IMG/VR virus record: IMGVR_UViG_3300036715_004471
Location: 124,001-188,000 of that record
DNA length: 64,000 nt
Reading direction: 5' to 3' (one strand)
The position numbers and the translations under genes are program-made. Every line of letters starts with the position of its first letter. Position 1 is the stretch's first letter. The notes under the pieces were generated by a model. It was not told the DNA's origin and searched no databases. It was given only the letters and a program-made list of their open reading frames with translations. Positions 9,024-17,554 of the stretch are shown here, piece by piece.

Positions 9024-9638
9024 TTATCCAAAATTAACGATTGTTTTGATTCTATTGAATACTTTATCTTTATTCTCTTGATCTATCTCTATCAAAGGCA
9101 AACTAATAGGTTTAGCATATTGCTTATTGGTCGTGTAAATATTAGTGGATAGTCTTATCATATCATTTTGAACCCAAAATTGGGAAACATTATAACACTC
9201 CCAATCAATCATAATAGGTTCGATTAAAGCACTAGCATGATCATTTACATTAAGTTTAAGATTGGTTGTTGTAATATAATATTTGCTGTAACATTTTTTA
9301 TTACAGCAATGTAACTCAACATTAACTTGAGCGTTTGTAATAACTCTTAATATCCCTATTAACTCAATATTAGCATCTATTAAATCATCTGCCTCATTGG
9401 CTTTTTCCATGTGAAAAAGATTAGAATTAACATCTATATGACAATTCTTATCAATGGATAAACTGGGAGAAGTGTATTTTACTCTAAATGAGAAAACATT
9501 GTTGATTAATCTAGAATTAATTAGCGGAAGGTTAATATTCCAGTAAGAACGTCCCTTCAAATAAGGAATTAAAGAATCTCCACAGATCGCGCAATGCGAC
9601 TTGATATCTAATAAATCTTTAATCTTACTATAAATCAT
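9024..9638 (-). CDS. Long-form CxxC family protein with C-terminal tag (RIKTIVNFG)
   Basis: CAIC and CCNKKC motifs; shared C-terminal motif. Confidence 0.75.
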   Translation of the reverse strand: MIYSKIKDLLDIKSHCAICGDSLIPYLKGRSYWNINLPLINSRLINNVFSFRVKYTSPSLSIDKNCHIDVNSNLFHMEKANEADDLIDANIELIGILRVITNAQVNVELHCCNKKCYSKYYITTTNLKLNVNDHASALIEPIMIDWECYNVSQFWVQNDMIRLSTNIYTTNKQYAKPISLPLIEIDQENKDKVFNRIKTIVNFG

Positions 9639-10205
9639 TTAGGAAAATGTGATAAGAGTTTTAATTTTGCGTAGCGTTTTTTCTTTATCTATCTTTCCAA
9701 AATTAATTAGCGGAAGTTCCGCTAATCCGCCCTTAGTAAGAGTATTATAAGGCGGCTCAATTATAATGTCAAGGACAATGGTTTTTTTATATTTGTAATC
9801 ATTAACAACTTTAAGATAAGATTTTTCATCTTTATGAAGTTTGAACGCTAATATTTCTAATTCTAGCGGACTAATGTATCCATCTTCGTTAAAAATCAAT
9901 GAAGAAGTTTTTATTAACAACCCGCACTCGCATGTCTTGTATATCTTGATTTTTTTAGAATTGAGGGCAACAGCAAGTTTTGATGATTCTTTAGTCCAAG
10001 AGGGAACTTGATAAGAATTATCTAATAAACCTATAGTAACATTTCTAAATAAAGACTGAGTAACCTGCAAGTTAATTTCATTATTTTGATATTCATAATT
10101 GAGCGACTCATTATGTTCACATCTAAAATCTTTGAAAGATAAGATTACAGGATCTTCGCACAGCATACATTGAGTATGAGATGTCATAAACTCAATCAAT
10201 TTCAT
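9639..10205 (-). CDS. Long-form CxxC family protein with C-terminal tag (KIKTLITFS)
   Basis: CMLC and CEC motifs; shared C-terminal motif. Confidence 0.75.
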   Translation of the reverse strand: MKLIEFMTSHTQCMLCEDPVILSFKDFRCEHNESLNYEYQNNEINLQVTQSLFRNVTIGLLDNSYQVPSWTKESSKLAVALNSKKIKIYKTCECGLLIKTSSLIFNEDGYISPLELEILAFKLHKDEKSYLKVVNDYKYKKTIVLDIIIEPPYNTLTKGGLAELPLINFGKIDKEKTLRKIKTLITFS

Positions 10206-10206
10206 A

Positions 10207-10857
10207 TTAATCTTCGTAAAACTTTTCGAAAACTTCTTTGGTTAAACCGGCATCAATCAAGATTGGACGATCATCTTTGGTTCCCCAAGAAGATATTCTT
10301 GCAATATCTCCGGGCATCAATTTGAACTTTTCTCCAACACTTTTCATTTCCTTATAGATGTCTGATTTGGAAATCTCTTCGAAGTGCTTAGGTTTACTTT
10401 TGGAGGATTCAGAGACATCTTTAAGACCATATCTGATAGCATCTCCAAAGTCATTGAAATCTATATCAGTCATTTTCTCAAAATCCTTTTCTGTAATCTT
10501 TTCTAAATAATGAGTTTCAAGCCAAGAAAAATTTTTGGCTTGACTAATAATCTCATTAAGATACTTAGATTTCATCTTAGGATTTGATTCCGCTTTATTT
10601 TGAGCGATTCCTTTATCATTCTTAGCCATCTTGATAATAGTTTTATCAGGAGTCTCATACACTATTCTAGAAGAACCGGAAGAAAGATGTTTTAAATTTT
10701 TCTCAGCATATTTAGTTCTAGCTTGATAGGTTTCTAATTTCTCGAGATTCTTTAATACAGTTTTGAGATTAGATGAATCTGCTGGCAACTCTTCCGATTC
10801 TTGAGTGGCAAGAGAGTAAAATATATCAACCAATCTAATAACTCTGTTTATTCCCAT
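10207..10857 (-). CDS. Protein-kinase-like fold protein
   Basis: SSGSSRIVY glycine loop, IIKMA lysine, QNKAE helix-C glutamate, GDIARISSWG catalytic-loop-like segment, LIDAG (DFG-like). Confidence 0.65.
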   Translation of the reverse strand: MGINRVIRLVDIFYSLATQESEELPADSSNLKTVLKNLEKLETYQARTKYAEKNLKHLSSGSSRIVYETPDKTIIKMAKNDKGIAQNKAESNPKMKSKYLNEIISQAKNFSWLETHYLEKITEKDFEKMTDIDFNDFGDAIRYGLKDVSESSKSKPKHFEEISKSDIYKEMKSVGEKFKLMPGDIARISSWGTKDDRPILIDAGLTKEVFEKFYED

Positions 10858-10902
10858 GCAGTAAATACCAACTTATTAATACCGGGTTATATTTTAAGTA
10901 AT

Positions 10903-11442
10903 ATGACAAATAGATTGAGCACTCAAGAATATTACGATCTCATTAAAAAATTGATTGAACAGCAGTATACTGATGATTCAGAACCGGAATCAACCACATC
11001 TTATTCTGATGGGTGGATTCCTGCTTCACCTGAAATTAAACAAAAAATGAAGCTACTGGCGGATGAAGGAACTGTTGATTTAACTAATGTAAAAAGCAAC
11101 AAAATTAAAGAACTTATTATTCAATCCAAAAATAAGAGCGTTAAGAGTGGAATCAAAATTGGCGATTTTCTAATAAAAATTACACGTTCTGAATGTTACA
11201 ATCCTGATATGTCAGACTTAATTGTTGACATTTGCGTTTATGAAGAACAACATAAAACCAAATCAGGGGCACCGGCTAAATTATTATTCAAAATAGATAC
11301 TATTAAAGATAGTAGATTCACACAATGTTCTTGGAACAGTTATTTTAATCAATTCAAATCTGCTAAAAATGTACCGATTAACATATTGGTAGAAATTGTT
11401 AGGTGGCTCCGGGCGGTTAAAAAATTAACTGCATTTCTTTGA
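10903..11442 (+). CDS. Hypothetical protein with C-terminal tag (AVKKLTAFL), paralog of 6109..6542
   Basis: Likely ATG at 10903; shares an ID...D.RF....W...L.EI...KL..FL pattern with the frameshifted gene. Confidence 0.75.
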   Translation: MTNRLSTQEYYDLIKKLIEQQYTDDSEPESTTSYSDGWIPASPEIKQKMKLLADEGTVDLTNVKSNKIKELIIQSKNKSVKSGIKIGDFLIKITRSECYNPDMSDLIVDICVYEEQHKTKSGAPAKLLFKIDTIKDSRFTQCSWNSYFNQFKSAKNVPINILVEIVRWLRAVKKLTAFL

Positions 11443-11588
11443 TGATCGTACATACGGATCATGCGCACGGGCGAGCAGTATGTCAAGGTCTCTTATCTTA
11501 AAAGATATTAAAAGGTACGCCCCCACTATATGGTCTCATTCCCCCTATAAGATCCCCCAAGTTTTTGTCGAGAGACAGCTCACAAAAA

Positions 11589-11620
11589 GAAAAAGAATCA
11601 GAGCGCTCTGATTCTTTTTC
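11589..11620. repeat. Perfect 32-bp palindrome with no loop, between convergent genes
   Basis: gaaaaagaatcagagc|gctctgattctttttc. Confidence 0.9.
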
Positions 11621-11701
11621 GGTAATTACCAACCGTCATATATTGTTGTATATTCTATCGAACTTACTAACCTGATAGTGCCCTTACTTAACTGCCTTTT
11701 A

Positions 11702-12178
11702 TTAAATCAACTGGTTTCCTGACAATATTTGTGCTAATCCTGATGATGTTATGATATCTTTTTGTAATGTAGGATCTGCATGTGCTCTATTATCTTGATG
11801 TTCTGCTCTCCATCTATTCATTGCTGATTGAGTTCTTGGTCCGAAAACACCATCTGCTTTACTGCCGCTCATACTATCTGGATATAATTTGATTAAAGCT
11901 TTTTGTAATTCTGGATTAATGCGTGATCCATGAGAAATTGGTTTATATACTTGTTCTGAATGTTTCTCTTTAGCTTCTTGAGCTGGATATGGAAGTGGTT
12001 TATTACCTTTTATTTGAGTAGAAGGTAGCTCTACTCCAAAACCAGGATTAAATGAATTTAGTTCATATCCACCATGATCCATTTGTGCTAAGTTTTCAAG
12101 AAAAGCTCTTCTACCACCGTAGACAGCTAATCTTTCAAACAATTCTGCTTTTTTGAGGAGAGCCTTTGTGTCAACCAT
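11702..12178 (-). CDS. Protein with shared N-terminal leader and C-terminal peptidoglycan-binding-like domain
   Basis: LQKALIKL...ADGVFGPRTQSAMNRW resembles the PG_binding_1 signature DGxFGxxT. Confidence 0.65.
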   Translation of the reverse strand: MVDTKALLKKAELFERLAVYGGRRAFLENLAQMDHGGYELNSFNPGFGVELPSTQIKGNKPLPYPAQEAKEKHSEQVYKPISHGSRINPELQKALIKLYPDSMSGSKADGVFGPRTQSAMNRWRAEHQDNRAHADPTLQKDIITSSGLAQILSGNQLI

Positions 12179-12211
12179 TTTAGTTTAATCCTTCTTTAAT
12201 ACACTACTTTT

Positions 12212-12385
12212 TTATACACTATTATGCATGTTTAGTAAATGTTCAGTCGCTCTTTTGATTTGTTTATCTTGCTCCGATTGTTCATCTGCCTGGGCTAATG
12301 CATACAAGAATCCCTTGCGAATACCATATGTAGCTAATTTTTCAAATAAATTTGCTTTTATTAGAATAAGTTTTGTGTCAACCAT
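12212..12385 (-). CDS. 57-aa protein sharing the 32-aa leader of 11702..12178; not in the ORF track
   Basis: MVDTKLILIKANLFEKLATYGIRKGFLYALAQ...; GAAGG RBS. Confidence 0.75.
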   Translation of the reverse strand: MVDTKLILIKANLFEKLATYGIRKGFLYALAQADEQSEQDKQIKRATEHLLNMHNSV

Positions 12386-12429
12386 TTGTACCTTCTTTAA
12401 TTATTATGCCGTATAAGTCAGACATTTAA

Positions 12430-12951
12430 TCAACTTCTATTAATCCAATCCGGATTATTATACTCATTATCACAATTAGCATCATGAACACCACTGAGAT
12501 CAAATGGGTTGATTAACATTTGTTGTAGCTGTATTGGCAAATGCTTGAAACAATTACACTCACAACCACAATGACATTTTCTACATGTAATTGTTTTGCA
12601 AGAAATGTTTTTAATATCCGCCAGCAAATTCCATATATTAAGCCTCTCCACAGGTAAGGAGAGGGTAGGGGGACCGTAATTATTTTGTAAAACGGTAACC
12701 ATCCCCTGCTTGACAAACATTACAACGTCCGCAAGTTGGCGGTTGGTAAAATCTTGCAAAGTTTGACGCAGGACCAAAATCCTCTGATTATTCAAGTGGA
12801 CTAATACTGGATAATTTGGATCCACTGATACACGTAGATCAAATTCTGCATCGCTCATAACTTCATTGAATTCCAATTGTGTTTTCAAATTGTTTAAAGT
12901 TATTGCCGAGATGTCGGCGTTAATAAAAATGATTGCAGAGGGTAATTCCAT
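12430..12951 (-). CDS. Hypothetical protein with Cys-rich segment
   Basis: Likely start at MELPSAIIF; contains CKTITCRKCHCGCECNC. Confidence 0.6.
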   Translation of the reverse strand: MELPSAIIFINADISAITLNNLKTQLEFNEVMSDAEFDLRVSVDPNYPVLVHLNNQRILVLRQTLQDFTNRQLADVVMFVKQGMVTVLQNNYGPPTLSLPVERLNIWNLLADIKNISCKTITCRKCHCGCECNCFKHLPIQLQQMLINPFDLSGVHDANCDNEYNNPDWINRS

Positions 12952-12973
12952 AATTATATGGAATTTTATCCAC

Positions 12974-13001
12974 TTGACGATAAATTGTATGTAATTATGA
13001 T
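12974..13001 (+). promoter_or_regulatory. Sigma70-like promoter TTGACG-N16-TATGAT upstream of dUTPase
   Basis: Consensus match in an intergenic position at an operon head. Confidence 0.65.
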
Positions 13002-13025
13002 AGTTGGATAAATTCGGAGGAAATA

Positions 13026-13622
13026 ATGCTAAATGCACCATGGAATCAACCAGAAGGAATTATGGGATTACAAACCCCAACCTTTAGGTTTGCTGTTAGA
13101 GAAGATTTGAAAGATACCGGAGATTTATTTGTTCCTTCAAGGGGAACTCCTAAATCAACGGGTTGGGATGTAAAAGCTGCTTGGGATGATAGAAAGTCTA
13201 AAGTCATTGCCTTCGGAGAATATGTAAAAATTCCTTTAGGATTTAGAACATTTGCTCCCGCCGGTTGGTGGTATGAACTAAAACCTCGTTCTTCTACTTT
13301 TGGCAAAAAGAAGTTACATTCTCTTTATGGAACTATTGATGAAGATTATGAGGGGCAATTAATATTCGCTTGCCAGTGGTTACCAGATTTTGAATTACAA
13401 GGTCACGGTAATGCTTGGGATGATGGTACAATATCTTTTGTTGTTACAAACGATTATAATCCCAAATTAACAATAGATTTTGGCGAAGCCATTGGGCAAA
13501 TCATTCCAGTTAAACGCCAAGAAATGCAAATTGAAAGTATTAGCAACGAAGAATTTGATCGCTTGTGTAAAGAAAGAGCTGCAATTAGAGGAGCGGGCGG
13601 ATTTGGTTCCACCGGAAAATAA
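13026..13622 (+). CDS. dut: Trimeric dUTPase
   Basis: Motifs STGWD, PRSS, GTIDEDYEG, IGQ and RGAGGFGSTG. Confidence 0.93.
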   Translation: MLNAPWNQPEGIMGLQTPTFRFAVREDLKDTGDLFVPSRGTPKSTGWDVKAAWDDRKSKVIAFGEYVKIPLGFRTFAPAGWWYELKPRSSTFGKKKLHSLYGTIDEDYEGQLIFACQWLPDFELQGHGNAWDDGTISFVVTNDYNPKLTIDFGEAIGQIIPVKRQEMQIESISNEEFDRLCKERAAIRGAGGFGSTGK

Positions 13623-14455
13623 TGAATAAGAACTATGATTTTGATCCAGTAAAAGATACGAAACAAGTGTTCTCCGAATACGAAGATTATGATTTTGATA
13701 TGTTAAAAGACCTTAGAATGATAAGAGCAAACCATAGACCTGAGCCCAAGTTCATAAAAACTAATGCGCCTATTATATCAGAAGAAGATAAGATAGCGTT
13801 AGAGAAGTTTTTTAATGATCATCCAGAATTGAAGAGCAAAGAATCTCCACATGATTTGGCGAAATCGAATGCGTCACGCGGCTTCAAACTACGCTATGAT
13901 GTAGGCTCTGATGAGTTTTATCCCAACGAAGCTTGGATTCAAACTTTTACAGGAAAGAGATTTACTCCAACCAATCCAAATCCAGAGTCTATTGTCATTT
14001 TAGACATTGCTCATGCATTATCTATGCAATGTAGATTTAGTGGTCATGTAAAGAAATTCTATTCAGTAGCCCAGCATAGTGTTCTTGTAAGTTATCTATG
14101 CAACCAAGAGGATTCTCTTTGGGGATTGCTTCATGATGCTACTGAGGCATATCTAGTAGATGTTCCTAGTCCTTTGAAGAGATCCGGCAAGTTTGATGCT
14201 TATTTAGAATTCGAAAAGAATATGCAAACAGCAATTTGCAAGAGATTTGGATTAGAAGATAAAGAGCCGCCCTCTGTTAAAAAAGCCGATTCATTGCTTT
14301 TAGCTACTGAGGCTAGAGATTTAATGTCTCCATTAAGAGAAGATTGGGTTTATCCGGTTAGACCACTTCCTATGAAAATAGATCCTTTGCTTCCAGAAGA
14401 GGCAGAACTATTGTTCCTTAATAGGTTTTACGATCTGATTGATGAATTAAAGTGA
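13622..14455 (+). CDS. HD-domain nucleotide phosphohydrolase (YfbR/YfdR-like) with N-terminal extension
   Basis: RFSGH, YSVAQHSV and LLHDATEAY motifs. Confidence 0.85.
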   Translation: MNKNYDFDPVKDTKQVFSEYEDYDFDMLKDLRMIRANHRPEPKFIKTNAPIISEEDKIALEKFFNDHPELKSKESPHDLAKSNASRGFKLRYDVGSDEFYPNEAWIQTFTGKRFTPTNPNPESIVILDIAHALSMQCRFSGHVKKFYSVAQHSVLVSYLCNQEDSLWGLLHDATEAYLVDVPSPLKRSGKFDAYLEFEKNMQTAICKRFGLEDKEPPSVKKADSLLLATEARDLMSPLREDWVYPVRPLPMKIDPLLPEEAELLFLNRFYDLIDELK

Positions 14456-14467
14456 TATAAATACTCT

Positions 14468-14722
14468 ATGGATCAAAAAGAATTAAAAAAGTTGGCTGAG
14501 CCAAAACCAAAGTATTATTATGATGTTAAAATAGAATGCATGCTTCCGGCTACTCTTCTCTATAGAGTTTTAGCGGAAGATCCTCAACAAGCATCAATGA
14601 TGATTAAAGGGCTAAGTCCAACGGGAGTAAAATATCGTTTGCCAGGTCGCAAAGAAATTAAAATGATGATTTATGATGCGGGTAGCACCATGATTAGGTT
14701 AGTAAAAAACCTACTAGGATAA
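14468..14722 (+). CDS. Hypothetical protein
   Basis: 84-aa ORF within a plus-strand operon. Confidence 0.65.
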   Translation: MDQKELKKLAEPKPKYYYDVKIECMLPATLLYRVLAEDPQQASMMIKGLSPTGVKYRLPGRKEIKMMIYDAGSTMIRLVKNLLG

Positions 14723-14724
14723 CA

Positions 14725-15207
14725 ATGATAGATAGAAAATATCTAAAAGTAAAGCCTAGCAATTTAGATGGTAGTGGATTGTTTACTACTGTCAAAATAA
14801 ATGCCAGATATCCTATTATAGAAGTAACTGGCGATATTTTTGATTTATCTACTGTGCCTGATCATCCAGCTGTAATACAGGTTACTCCTAAGTTATTTAT
14901 AGGACCATCTGGAGGACCTGATGATTATATTAATCATAGTTGTAATCCTAATTGTTTTATCTCTATTATAGGAAATAGGGCAATTTTATATTCGTTGTAT
15001 GTAATTTCTCCAGACACAGAATTAACATTTGATTATTCTAGCGGCTCATCTGAATCATTAGATAGTTGGAAAATGAATTGTTCTTGTGGCGCAGTAACTT
15101 GTCGTAAAATCATCAGTGGATTTCAATATTTGACAGATGAGCAAAAGAAAGTTTTGCTGGATTTAAAGGCGGTTCCTCCATTTATCACGGATGGAATATT
15201 TAGATGA
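14725..15207 (+). CDS. SET-domain lysine methyltransferase with post-SET motif
   Basis: GSGLF, INHSCNPN, ELTFDY and CSCGAVTCR motifs. Confidence 0.9.
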   Translation: MIDRKYLKVKPSNLDGSGLFTTVKINARYPIIEVTGDIFDLSTVPDHPAVIQVTPKLFIGPSGGPDDYINHSCNPNCFISIIGNRAILYSLYVISPDTELTFDYSSGSSESLDSWKMNCSCGAVTCRKIISGFQYLTDEQKKVLLDLKAVPPFITDGIFR

Positions 15208-15482
15208 TCAAAACTCCTCATACTAAGATCTTAAGAATAATTGAAGGATTTCGTAGACTAGTGGATAATGTTTGTTCTTATGATCCATCATCTATTAATG
15301 AAATCATAGGAGATTTTAATATCTTCAATGAAGCGTGCGATGAATTAAGAGATGAATTAACAGCTAAAAAAAACTCTCTTGATGAAGTTGAAGAATTAGA
15401 AAGCAAGCAAAAGATTATTCAGCACGTTGATGAAATGAAGCCTATTATAGAGAAAATGATGAGTTTGAAAGCGTTTTGGTAA
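15204..15482 (+). CDS. Helical hypothetical protein with C-terminal tag (KMMSLKAFW)
   Basis: Operon position; shared C-terminal motif. Confidence 0.7.
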   Translation: MIKTPHTKILRIIEGFRRLVDNVCSYDPSSINEIIGDFNIFNEACDELRDELTAKKNSLDEVEELESKQKIIQHVDEMKPIIEKMMSLKAFW

Positions 15483-15483
15483 A

Positions 15484-15765
15484 ATGAGACCATTTGAACC
15501 TATGAGCGGAAAAAGTAAATACGAAGCAATAGTTGATATTATAGATGATTTTTATGCCGATTTCAAAGATCAGGGGTATTTAGATCGAAGCTGTATCAAC
15601 GAATACAAGATGATTATTCAAATCTATAACTCATACAAAAAGAAAGTTGAATCAGAAAAAGATATACCAAAAGATGAATTAGACGGAATGATGAGTTTAA
15701 TTGAAAAAGTAGAAAAAATTAAACCTGAAGCGGACAGGTTACTTGCAATGAAATGTTTTTGGTAA
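15484..15765 (+). CDS. Helical hypothetical protein with C-terminal tag (RLLAMKCFW)
   Basis: Operon position; shared C-terminal motif. Confidence 0.7.
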   Translation: MRPFEPMSGKSKYEAIVDIIDDFYADFKDQGYLDRSCINEYKMIIQIYNSYKKKVESEKDIPKDELDGMMSLIEKVEKIKPEADRLLAMKCFW

Positions 15766-16022
15766 TAAGTGATAGATTTTTAGAAGATAATATAATAGTT
15801 GCTTTAAATCAGTTGGGCTTTGAAATAAAACAAAGCCCAACTGGACCAAGTGTTTATACATTTTATAAGAATGGTGTCTATGCAGGTGTGAGCTATTGTA
15901 ACACTAATGATTGTGAAGATAGAAAATTCATTCTACATGATCTATTTAATTCTCATTATAATGGAGCAATTATACCGAAAGAGGATTTAAAAAGAATGTT
16001 AAAAATGAAAGCTTTTTGGTGA
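15753..16022 (+). CDS. Hypothetical protein with C-terminal tag (RMLKMKAFW)
   Basis: Operon position; shared C-terminal motif. Confidence 0.7.
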   Translation: MFLVISDRFLEDNIIVALNQLGFEIKQSPTGPSVYTFYKNGVYAGVSYCNTNDCEDRKFILHDLFNSHYNGAIIPKEDLKRMLKMKAFW

Positions 16023-16025
16023 ATT

Positions 16026-16661
16026 ATGTCAGGACTTCAATATTATATTGTAGATACGGAAACTACAGGGTTAAAAGCCAACTTCCATGAAGTTACAGAG
16101 GTAGGCATTATCCGCGCCAAAGATCGTGTTCAAATTCATAGATGCGTTAAATGCGTGTATCCAGAACGCGCCAATTTTGATGCGTTAGCTATTACTAAGA
16201 AAACTATGGCAGATCTTGAAAGAGGGCATGAAAAATCTGATGTAATAGCAGAATGTAATAAGTTTTTTGAAGAAGATGGCACTTCACCTGCACATAGAGT
16301 TATTGTGGCTCACAATGCTCCTTTTGATAGAAGATTTCTTCATGCTATGTGGGAGAGCGAAGGTCTAGAATTTCCTGCCCATTTATGGTTGGATACTATA
16401 TCTTTAACTAAAGAGTATGCCAAGAAAATTGGTTTAATCAAGCCCAAGGTAGGTTTACACGCCGCTTGTGATATAGTAGGAATAAAGAAACTATCAGATG
16501 CTCACAATGCAAAAGTAGATAGTAGAAACTGTTATTTATTACATCGTAGTTTGACGGAAGAGAAAAAGATAGACTATTTACCTTTCATAAAAACAGCTGT
16601 CCATACAATAGCAACCAATCAAGATTATGAAGGATTAGATTTATCATTACTTGATGATTAA
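16026..16661 (+). CDS. DEDDh 3'-5' exonuclease (DnaQ-like)
   Basis: VDTETTG, AHNAPFD and AHNAKVD motifs. Confidence 0.9.
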   Translation: MSGLQYYIVDTETTGLKANFHEVTEVGIIRAKDRVQIHRCVKCVYPERANFDALAITKKTMADLERGHEKSDVIAECNKFFEEDGTSPAHRVIVAHNAPFDRRFLHAMWESEGLEFPAHLWLDTISLTKEYAKKIGLIKPKVGLHAACDIVGIKKLSDAHNAKVDSRNCYLLHRSLTEEKKIDYLPFIKTAVHTIATNQDYEGLDLSLLDD

Positions 16662-17317
16662 TGAAAACGCCAAGCCTAGAAAGATTTCATTTTAATATAG
16701 ATAGGTCTATGCGCCTAGCGGAATCCTATGCCGAAATAAAAGAACTGTCGTTCATATTAAAAAGCTGTAGGATGAAACCATATTCTATTTTCTACGATAA
16801 AGAATTACCAAGACTTAAATTGTATAGGCATTGGTTTGATGAGTTTGGTAATTCTTTATATATTACAAAACGCAAAAGAATTAAGTTAATCTATAATGAT
16901 CTTCTCTTGAGAAAAAAAGATATTATTTGCACTGATTTATATTATGGTTTATCTCTTGACAAATTAGTCAAGATAAGTAAACTACTACATATAGTGATAG
17001 GTAAGAATGAAGATAATCAAGATCATTATTTGATGATTACTTTTTATGGTATAGATGGTTACCTTAAATCTTATTTATACGATGGAGAATGGAAACAAGT
17101 GTCTCCGTTCATGTTAGGGATGAAAAGATTAAAGAACATACATAAGTATGTCGACATTAAGTATTTTCATCAATTGAAGAATTTAGAAAATTTCATGACC
17201 CCTTGCCTCTCGACCGACGAGTGGATAGGATCATTGACACAAGCTTCGGCAGGAGAATTCGTCAAAATTCTCAAAAAGAAATACGAAATAGACTTTTCGT
17301 TTTTGATATCAAATTGA
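16661..17317 (+). CDS. Hypothetical protein
   Basis: 218-aa ORF whose start overlaps the previous stop codon. Confidence 0.65.
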   Translation: MKTPSLERFHFNIDRSMRLAESYAEIKELSFILKSCRMKPYSIFYDKELPRLKLYRHWFDEFGNSLYITKRKRIKLIYNDLLLRKKDIICTDLYYGLSLDKLVKISKLLHIVIGKNEDNQDHYLMITFYGIDGYLKSYLYDGEWKQVSPFMLGMKRLKNIHKYVDIKYFHQLKNLENFMTPCLSTDEWIGSLTQASAGEFVKILKKKYEIDFSFLISN

Positions 17318-17334
17318 GGTAAGATACAATAATC

Positions 17335-17550
17335 ATGACTAATAGAGATAGATTAGAGTTACAGGGTGAAGTTGTTGATGCAAACAAAGGTAAATTCAAA
17401 GTTAAGGTTAATGATGCATTAATCGTTCTTTGTACCTTAAGTGGTAAGATTAGAGTAAATTCTGTCAAAATCCTAATAGGAGATAAGGTGACGGTGGAAG
17501 TATCAGAGTATGATACTTCTCAAGGTCGTATTATCTACAGGCACAAATAA
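17335..17550 (+). CDS. infA: Translation initiation factor IF-1
   Basis: 71 aa; LSGKIRVNSVKILIGDKVTVEVSEYDTSQGRIIYR matches the IF-1 pattern. Confidence 0.92.
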   Translation: MTNRDRLELQGEVVDANKGKFKVKVNDALIVLCTLSGKIRVNSVKILIGDKVTVEVSEYDTSQGRIIYRHK

Positions 17551-17554
17551 GTCT

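Noticed and set aside
13622-14455. HD hydrolase as DatZ, implying a Z-base genome
   Set aside because: There is no PurZ in the window, and the motifs fit the common YfbR/YfdR-like family.
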